From: a virus
Lineage: Duplodnaviria > Heunggongvirae > Uroviricota > Caudoviricetes
Length of the DNA: 4,755 nucleotides
Virus record (IMG/VR): IMGVR_UViG_2609460218_000013
Strand: one strand, 5' to 3'
The notes under the pieces are model-generated. The model had not been told where the DNA came from. It saw nothing but the letters and a program-made list of their open reading frames with translations, and ran no database searches. The position numbers and the translations under genes were made by a program. Shown piece by piece: positions 1 through 4,755 of the stretch (position 1 is the stretch's first letter; each line of letters starts with the position of its first letter).

Positions 1-254
1 CAGGGTCGCGTTTCTGGCAACAGCTCGTCCCCTTCACATAACCCGGCAGCAACATCCAGGAAGACCTGTCTGATGCTCCTTCTGGCTGCTGCCTCATAAA
101 ACTCCAGCGCGGCACCTTCAACATGGTCCAGCGAGATGTCCAGGTCAAAAATTTCACCGTCAAAGCGTTCTTTGTCCCGTAACGCTAAAGTTACCGTAAC
201 TTTATTCTCAAAATTGCGGATCCCTTTCACAATCAGTTCATATTTTTGAGTCAT
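1..254 (-). CDS. Small conserved prophage lysis-cassette protein (YdfR/DUF1327-like), 3' partial; C-terminus lies beyond the left window edge
   Basis: Reverse-strand ATG at 254..252, 4 nt after the holin stop (TAA, 261..259), with an SD-like GGGGAGAG inside the holin 3' end. Frame is open for 84 codons to the window edge (MTQKYELIVKGIRNFENKVTVTLALRDKERFDGEIFDLDISLDHVEGAALEFYEAAARRSIRQVFLDVAAGLCEGDELLPETRP...). Absent from the ORF track because it runs off the window. Family assignment is from memory of the small ORF between holin and endolysin in Qin-type prophages and is unverified. Confidence 0.5.
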   Translation of the reverse strand, partial: MTQKYELIVKGIRNFENKVTVTLALRDKERFDGEIFDLDISLDHVEGAALEFYEAAARRSIRQVFLDVAAGLCEGDELLPETRP

Positions 255-258
255 TGAA

Positions 259-474
259 TTACTCTCCCCGTGCAGCCTTACGCTTGTCTTCTTTAATCTT
301 GAAATAAAGGTTTGTCAGATACGTCAGCATGCCAAATACCAGACTACCCAATACACCTATTGCCGCCCACTGTGAGGGCGTGACTTTATCGAGCAACTGT
401 AAAAACCAGTAGCCAGCACTGCCTGCAGAGGTGCTGTAGGCGATGCCCGTTGTTAACTTATCCATGGATTTCAT
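259..474 (-). CDS. Class II holin / pinholin, phage 21 S21 family (EssD/EssQ-like), 71 aa
   Basis: Translation [71 protein letters not shown] matches the S21 pinholin family in length and sequence: two TM segments, a small-residue-rich first TM, a charged C-terminal tail and the Met1-Lys2-Ser3-Met4 dual start. Strong SD GGAGGTGAGG (486..477) sits 7 nt upstream of the ATG at 474..472. The 99-aa track ORF (259..558) is an upstream over-extension with no RBS. Confidence 0.9.
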   Translation of the reverse strand: MKSMDKLTTGIAYSTSAGSAGYWFLQLLDKVTPSQWAAIGVLGSLVFGMLTYLTNLYFKIKEDKRKAARGE

Positions 475-564
475 AGCCTCACCTCCGCAGATAACGGATG
501 GTGTACACGGTTTGGTTCGAAGAAGGAAAGAAGTTACATTAGCGTAAGGCCCGAACATCTATTC

Positions 565-596
565 AAAAAGAAAAACGCCAGCAATTATTCTGGCGT
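565..596 (-). terminator. Rho-independent terminator downstream of the AraC-like gene
   Basis: Perfect 7-bp inverted repeat ACGCCAG (575..581) / CTGGCGT (590..596) with an 8-nt loop. On the reverse strand the hairpin is followed by TTTTTCTTTTT (+ strand A-run 565..575). It lies about 68 nt past the AraC-like stop at 665. Confidence 0.55.
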
Positions 597-664
597 AGCT
601 AAAAATATCGTATAATCTTACACTTCAAAAAATAACTTTATAAAATGCCATCACATCATATCTT

Positions 665-1380
665 CTAAGAAAATCTTGATAAATATTGGTGCGGAGGCAC
701 ACCAAAATATCCTCTAAAAACACTTACAAAATATGATGCATTGTCATACCCGCATATTCCCGCCACCTTGCCGACAGTATGGTTACTGTAGATCAATAAT
801 CTTTGCGCCATCATCATTCGTTCTTCAAGAATTAATTTACTAAACGATAATCCTTCGTCTTTTAATTTTCTTTTTAACAAACTCTCGCTCATATATAATC
901 TTGAAGATATATCACAAAGTCTCCATGACGCTGAGATATCCGAGTGAATAATAGCCTTAACTTTACAACCTAAGCTATTAAGACTTCCGAACAAAAAACT
1001 TTGCACTATTTTCTCTGAAGATAAGACAGCAAGACATGCAAGTGATATTTGATTTCTAACTACATCCACGGTTTTGCTATCACAATTCAAGCATGCAACC
1101 AAGTTCTTTAACAATGAAAAATCTTCACATTCTACTATCAAGTATGACGGATAAAACCTTCTTACAGAAAAAGGATGAGAGTGTGTAGTTTTTAAAGAAA
1201 ATCATTAACTGTTTTCTCCTCAACATCTACGATCATTAGATGATCTGTATTTGACGAAAAAAGATCTTTTAAATTGTATTCAATGAGAACAGCATTTCCT
1301 TTTTTAAACAAAATATCTTCTTTACCAATTCGGACACCAAACGAGTTCAACACCAAAATGATAGAACATATGTATGGCAT
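665..1380 (-). pseudogene. AraC/XylS-family transcriptional regulator (AppY/EnvY-like), disrupted by a -1 frameshift
   Basis: Two track ORFs in different frames (1192..1389 and 665..1141) together give an AppY-like protein of about 238 aa. The N-terminal part (MPYICSIILVLNSF...ILFKKGNAVLIEYN...LMIVDVEEKTVNDF) aligns with the AppY N-terminus; the C-terminal part carries the AraC-type HTH (WRLCDISSRLYMSESLLKRKLKDEGLSFSKLILEERMMMAQRLLIYSNHTVGKVAGICGYDNASYFVSVFRGYFGVPPHQY). The frames join if one T is added to the reverse-strand T4 run (+ strand A4 at 1198..1201), changing NDFL-stop into NDFSLKTTHS. Likely start is ATG 1380..1378 (SD AGGTGG 5 nt upstream) rather than the GTG at 1389 used by the track. 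Confidence 0.75.
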
Positions 1381-1880
1381 ATTATCCACCTGATATCATT
1401 GGGGTTACACCAGGTAAGTATAGGTGGAAAATCAATATTCGCCAGTTCAACAATAAGGAAAATCTCATTGCATCACAACTATAAAACCATGTGTTTAACT
1501 CCAGTTATCGCTCGCCACGGGAATATCTGCGGCAGCAGGCCAGTAATGGGTTAAGTGATAACAGGTGTCTGGAAATATAGGGGCAAATCCAACTCACAAA
1601 AAACAAATCATTAAACTAATCTGTTATATTATAATATCTGCGTGCAATAATAATATTATATGCTCTTAATATTCACTTGAAATATCTTCATATAAAAACA
1701 GATTGAATAAAATCTTTTGGGGCTGGTATGTTTACCAACATTAAATTGCATCTCAATGTTTTCTTTAGCGTGAACAGGATTTTTATAAAAACTGACACTA
1801 TGAGCATCATAGCGTAGTTTTTACGATTGTAAATATCCTGCATACAGGAACTCATCACTTTCAGATGATATCGCATACAG

Positions 1881-2840
1881 TTAATTCACCATCAGTCTTA
1901 GAGCCAGTTCTTCCGGATAGGGATCGAAGTAATTCTGTGTAAGCAAGTAATCATTAGGATACTCACCCAGATAATGCTTCAGCAGAGTCAACGGCGCAAG
2001 AAGAGGCAATGTGCCAAAGCGATAGTTAAGTATAACCTCGCTCAACTCTTTACGCTGGCGTGTACTTAAGTAATTACTAAAATACCCCTGTATATGCATC
2101 AGCACATTCGTGTGATTTTTACGTGATGCTGGTTTTCTGAGAATCGCCATCAGATTATCACGATACACCTCAAAGTATGATTCAAGGTCCGCCCACTCGT
2201 GTATTGCAGCCACAAATGGTCCCATATCTTTATAGCCTGCCTGGCTATGCGCCAACAACTGAAGCTTATAACGACTATGAAAAGCTAATAACTCTCTTCT
2301 TGATAATTTCTCCTTGTAAAGGTGATTGAGCTCATGCAAAGCAAAAACTCTTTCAATAAAATTCTCACGAAGCACTGGATCATGTAATCGCCCATCCTCT
2401 TCAACCGGTAGCCAGGAAAACTTTTCCATCAAAGTGCTCGTAAATAGTCCCACTCCATCTTTACGACCTCGATTACCATTTTCATCATAGACACGCACGC
2501 GCTCCATGCCACAGCTGGGAGATTTAGCACAAACCACAAACCCCGATACATCCTTTAATTTGTCCATATAAGAACGACTAAACTCTGTCATTCTCTCTGT
2601 CACATCCTCATTCTGGTCGTGGCTGAAACATATCCGTATATTTCCTTGCTTCGAGCGCACAAGTCGTAGAGCAGGACGCGGAACTGGCAGCCCTATAGCC
2701 ATTTCCGGACATACTGGTCTGAATGTTACCCATTCCACTAATTTGTCCATTAAAAAGTCATCTCTTTTGTGACCACCATCAAAACGAACAGCAGAACCGC
2801 CCAAACAACCGCTGATCCCAATCACAGGTTTTTTTATCAT
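1881..2840 (-). CDS. DUF523-DUF1722 fusion protein (TudS/RudS-like [4Fe-4S] thiouracil/4-thiouridine desulfidase family), 319 aa
   Basis: Intact 319-aa ORF with SD GGAGG (+ strand cctcc, 2843..2847) just upstream. The N-terminal ~150 aa has Cys12, Cys44 and Cys104 (GISGCLGG, PVCPE, VVCAKSPSCG), spaced like the three cluster-ligating cysteines recalled for TudS-type DUF523 desulfidases, plus nearby Glu46 and Ser107/109. The C-terminal ~170 aa is alpha-helical and basic/aromatic-rich, consistent with a YbgA-like DUF1722 domain. Domain calls are by recall, not profile search. Confidence 0.8.
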   Translation of the reverse strand: MIKKPVIGISGCLGGSAVRFDGGHKRDDFLMDKLVEWVTFRPVCPEMAIGLPVPRPALRLVRSKQGNIRICFSHDQNEDVTERMTEFSRSYMDKLKDVSGFVVCAKSPSCGMERVRVYDENGNRGRKDGVGLFTSTLMEKFSWLPVEEDGRLHDPVLRENFIERVFALHELNHLYKEKLSRRELLAFHSRYKLQLLAHSQAGYKDMGPFVAAIHEWADLESYFEVYRDNLMAILRKPASRKNHTNVLMHIQGYFSNYLSTRQRKELSEVILNYRFGTLPLLAPLTLLKHYLGEYPNDYLLTQNYFDPYPEELALRLMVN

Positions 2841-3032
2841 TTCCTCCCCCTTGACTAATTCATTAACACATAAACTTTGTAGTGCACGGACTAAATTGCC
2901 TTTCTGGCTTCATCACTGACAATTTTTCTGTTATTGACTATTCCTAATATAGTAGGAAAGTTCTTTAAGTGATCGGTCGTACTCATCTATCTTTCATACT
3001 TACTCTCAACTATCAAAAGTACAGGATTTATT
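2841..3032. promoter_or_regulatory. Divergent intergenic / promoter region between the desulfidase-like gene (-) and the lipocalin gene (+)
   Basis: 192-bp non-coding spacer between divergent start codons. Contains a direct repeat of TTGACTA (2851..2857 and 2934..2940), a -10-like CATACT (2995..3000) about 30 nt upstream of the lipocalin ATG, and AGGA (3023..3026) as its RBS. No confident -35/-10 pair could be fixed by eye. Confidence 0.3.
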
Positions 3033-3557
3033 ATGAAGTTATGGCCTGTGTTGACTGGCATTGCACTCTCTTTCACTCTTATAGCATGTAAGGCCCCGAC
3101 ACCACCTAAAGGTGTGCAGCCGATTACAAATTTTGACGCCAACCGCTACCTCGGAAAATGGTATGAAATAGCTCGCCTCGAGAACTGGTTCGAACGTGGT
3201 CTGGAACAGGTCAGCGCTACTTATGAAAAACGGAACGACGGAGGGATTCGCGTACTTAACCGTGGATACGATCCAACGAAAAACAAATGGAGCGAGAGCG
3301 AAGGTAAAGCATACTTTACTGGAGATACTAAAACTGCAGCGTTGAAAGTTTCGTTTTTTGGCCCCTTCTATGGTGGCTATAATGTAATCAAACTGGATGA
3401 TGAGTATAAGTATGCTCTTGTCAGTGGTCCGAACAGAGAATACCTATGGATTCTGGCAAGGACCCAAACTATTCCAGATAATGTAAAAGCAGACTATGTG
3501 CGTACCGCTCAAAAGTTGGGATTCAATGTCAATGAACTATTATGGGTTAAACAATAA
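3033..3557 (+). CDS. blc: Outer-membrane lipoprotein of the bacterial lipocalin (Blc) family, 174 aa
   Basis: N-terminal lipoprotein signal with lipobox (MKLWPVLTGIALSFTLIAC, Cys19). Lipocalin motifs are present: FDANRYLGKWYEIAR (GxW), GKAYFTG, LKVSFFGPFYGGYNVI and YLWILAR. Roughly 55-60% identity by eye to E. coli Blc over the full length. Only + strand gene in the window. The symbol denotes the family; this is a prophage-borne copy, not necessarily the chromosomal blc locus. Confidence 0.9.
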   Translation: MKLWPVLTGIALSFTLIACKAPTPPKGVQPITNFDANRYLGKWYEIARLENWFERGLEQVSATYEKRNDGGIRVLNRGYDPTKNKWSESEGKAYFTGDTKTAALKVSFFGPFYGGYNVIKLDDEYKYALVSGPNREYLWILARTQTIPDNVKADYVRTAQKLGFNVNELLWVKQ

Positions 3558-3585
3558 AATCCCCACCCAAAATGATACTTATTAG

Positions 3586-3612
3586 AAAAAAACCAGCCTT
3601 TGGGGAGGCTGG
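3586..3612 (-). terminator. tR'-like rho-independent terminator downstream of Q (reverse-strand orientation)
   Basis: Perfect 7-bp inverted repeat CCAGCCT (3593..3599) / AGGCTGG (3606..3612) with a 6-nt loop. On the reverse strand it reads CCAGCCT-CCCCAA-AGGCTGG followed by TTTTTTT (+ strand A7 at 3586..3592). It lies about 100 nt downstream of the Q stop at 3713, where lambdoid phages place tR'. There is no U-run on the + strand side, so it is unidirectional. Confidence 0.65.
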
Positions 3613-3671
3613 CTAAATCAGGAAACAAGCTGTTATATGATAATAACTACGTTGCGATTCCAACATTTAAA

Positions 3672-3700
3672 ATGTTAGACTAATGAAAATCAGACAGCAA
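3672..3700 (-). promoter_or_regulatory. Candidate late promoter pR' (reverse strand TTGCTG-N17-TAACAT)
   Basis: Reverse-strand -35-like TTGCTG (3700..3695) and -10-like TAACAT (3677..3672) with a 17-nt spacer, immediately after the Q stop and about 60-80 nt before the terminator hairpin. Placement fits pR' but the hexamers are only moderate matches and alternatives exist. Confidence 0.25.
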
Positions 3701-3712
3701 CTTTTCCTTTAA

Positions 3713-4089
3713 TTATTTCGAACAATCAGCATCCATCTCCAATCGGAGATCCAACACCATCAGCATGCCCTCCACTACGCCCTCAGCTTTCTGGAGCATC
3801 CTGCCAACCCAACAATCAGATCGCCCATGCTTACGTGCAAGCGCCATAAAAGTCATGCCGCCGACATAATAGTCCACCAATAAATCATGTAAATCGCTGT
3901 TGTTTTTTTCAGGCGAGCCATACATTCACAAATGATCATCGCGTCATCGTCACAGCATTGCGGACGAGATCTTACTTTTGAAGGAATTAATCCCTTAAAA
4001 CCGGCGGCAATGGACGACCAGGTCACATCTTCATGATTATTAGCCGCCCATGCCCCCCAACGCTCAAGAACCATCTGAATATCACGCAT
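3713..4089 (-). pseudogene. Phage antitermination protein Q (short QuuD-type, ERWGAW motif), disrupted by a -1 frameshift in an A7 tract
   Basis: Two overlapping track ORFs (3853..4104 and 3713..3925) in frames offset by one. The N-terminal part ([62 protein letters not shown]) has the LERWGAW signature of the Q antiterminator family. The C-terminal part is [63 protein letters not shown]. They join into about 125 aa if the reverse-strand A7 run (+ strand T7 at 3903..3909) were A8. Likely start is ATG 4089..4087 (GGAG 7 nt upstream), not the TTG at 4104. Confidence 0.7.
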
Positions 4090-4106
4090 CAACTTACTCC
4101 ACAAAA

Positions 4107-4755
4107 TTAGGCCAGCACACCAATTGCCAGCGCGCGATCGATAAATCGAAAAATCAGCTCCAGTTGGGAGCCATACTTCTCTTCAAATGCCACGGTATCC
4201 GTATGCAACTCGTCGTGATGCTTTCTGCACAAAGGCAACACAAAGAGATCATGTGCTTTGGTTCCCATTCCGCCCTGCCCGTGACCAATCAGATGATGCG
4301 GATCGTCGGCTGGCATACCGCAGCAAGCACACGGCTGTGTCTTAACCCAGCGTGTGTATTTCTCCTTAACCCAACGGTGACGTTTAGGCAGCTTCATGAA
4401 AGATTCCGGAGACTCTGGATCAACGGTGATGCTTACCACCGTCTTTTCTTGTGATGGGTTTTGTTGCTGGTGGGCGTGAGGCAACGGTGCAAGATTTTTT
4501 GTGCGCTGTTTCAGTATGCTGGTGGCGGTCTGCTCTCCCGGTACGATGTCGCTTTCACGGTACATTGAGCGGATTTTTTCCGCACGCAACCCCAGCGAAC
4601 GACGTAATACCGCTTCCGGTAGCGCGTCCGCCACCTGATTGCGGACCGCCCACCAGGATAATTCAGCCAGAGATAATTCACGCTCCTGCGTACCGCTTAT
4701 TGCGTGACCGATGACGTCAATCATCCATGCTGACAGGTTTTGATGAGCTAGTTGC
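4107..4755 (-). CDS. Prophage protein with C-terminal Cys/His-rich HNH-like motif (DUF968/YdfU-like), 5' partial; N-terminus beyond the right window edge
   Basis: Reverse-strand frame is open from the window edge to TAA at 4109..4107; there is no in-frame stop between 4755 and the first ATG at 4724, so the 205-aa track ORF is probably a fragment. C-terminal motif is [44 protein letters not shown]. Sits directly upstream of Q, where nin-region nucleases sit in lambdoid phages. The overlapping + strand ORFs (4050..4454, 4451..4714) are treated as antisense artefacts. Confidence 0.55.
   Translation of the reverse strand, partial: QLAHQNLSAWMIDVIGHAISGTQERELSLAELSWWAVRNQVADALPEAVLRRSLGLRAEKIRSMYRESDIVPGEQTATSILKQRTKNLAPLPHAHQQQNPSQEKTVVSITVDPESPESFMKLPKRHRWVKEKYTRWVKTQPCACCGMPADDPHHLIGHGQGGMGTKAHDLFVLPLCRKHHDELHTDTVAFEEKYGSQLELIFRFIDRALAIGVLA

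Noticed and set aside
475-558. N-terminal 28-aa extension of the 99-aa track ORF ([28 protein letters not shown]) upstream of the holin
   Set aside because: No RBS before the upstream ATG, whereas the ATG at 474 has a strong GGAGG 7 nt upstream and starts the canonical 71-aa MKSM S21-type holin. The extension contains the holin's own SD and is taken as non-coding leader.
611-616. Perfect TATAAT hexamer on the + strand next to the terminator hairpin
   Set aside because: No acceptable -35 (TTCTGG at 17-bp spacing) or TG extension, and no + strand gene downstream. It would only make antisense RNA into the AraC-like pseudogene. Noted as a possibility, not annotated.
1387-1389. GTG start used by the track for the AraC-like N-terminal ORF (MDNMPY...)
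   Set aside because: The ATG at 1380..1378 (MPYICS...) has an AGGTGG SD at proper spacing and aligns with the AppY N-terminus (MDYVCS...). The GTG would put the SD inside the coding sequence.
1714-1726. CTTTTGGGGCTGG, resembling the loop and right arm of the tR' hairpin (CCTTTGGGGAGGCTGG at 3598..3612)
   Set aside because: There is no complementary left arm, so no hairpin can form. Most likely chance similarity or a decayed fragment; too short to call a repeat.
1688-1876. 62-aa reverse-strand ORF (MRYHLKVMSS...) in the AT-rich intergenic region
   Set aside because: Lies in very AT-rich sequence where ORFs arise by chance, has no convincing SD, and its start sits within 5 nt of the upstream gene's stop. 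A small hydrophobic peptide cannot be fully excluded without expression data.
3178-3200. tggttcgaacg string resembling a tRNA T-arm
   Set aside because: It encodes the conserved WFERG motif of the lipocalin and has no flanking acceptor or anticodon stem complementarity.
4102-4104. TTG start used by the track for the Q N-terminal ORF ([10 protein letters not shown])
   Set aside because: It overlaps the GGAG that serves as SD for the ATG at 4089..4087 (MRDIQM...), which matches the expected N-terminus of short Q proteins.
4050-4454. 134-aa + strand ORF overlapping the HNH-motif gene and the Q start
   Set aside because: Antisense to a reverse-strand ORF that has a recognisable Cys/His motif and the same orientation as the other late-region genes. 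The translation is low-complexity with no recognisable domain, as expected for a shadow ORF in GC-richer DNA.
4451-4714. 87-aa + strand ORF ([16 protein letters not shown]...)
   Set aside because: Same reasoning: antisense shadow ORF inside the HNH-motif gene, Pro/Arg/Ala-rich, no RBS.
1-4755. Scan for tRNA genes (often found between Q and S in lambdoid phages), CRISPR repeats, IS elements or terminal inverted repeats
   Set aside because: No T-loop-like GGTTCGAATCC motif in proper stem context (the ggttcgaa strings at about 514 and 3188 lie in a leader and in lipocalin coding sequence), no regularly spaced direct repeats, and no transposase-like ORF.

Overview
This window reads as the late-control and lysis region of a lambdoid (phage 21 / DLP12 / Qin-like) enterobacterial prophage, with late transcription running right-to-left on the reverse strand. 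All family assignments come from reading the translated ORFs and from recall of protein families; no database search was possible. Right to left: a 5'-truncated gene with an HNH-like Cys/His motif (4107..4755); a QuuD-type antiterminator Q gene broken by a -1 frameshift in an A7 tract (3713..4089); a candidate pR' promoter and a clear tR'-like intrinsic terminator (3586..3612); a roughly 3 kb AT-rich cargo island; a second intrinsic terminator (565..596); an S21-type pinholin with the MKSM dual start (259..474); and the start of a small YdfR-like gene (1..254). The cargo island carries a Blc-family lipocalin lipoprotein on the + strand (3033..3557), a DUF523-DUF1722 (TudS/RudS-like Fe-S desulfidase) gene (1881..2840) and an AppY/EnvY-like AraC-family regulator broken by a -1 frameshift (665..1380). 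The most interesting candidate for an undescribed function is this cargo island, in particular the divergent desulfidase-lipocalin pair. Both frameshifts are single-base losses in homopolymers, so a sequencing artefact is possible. No tRNA, rRNA, CRISPR array or IS element was recognisable.
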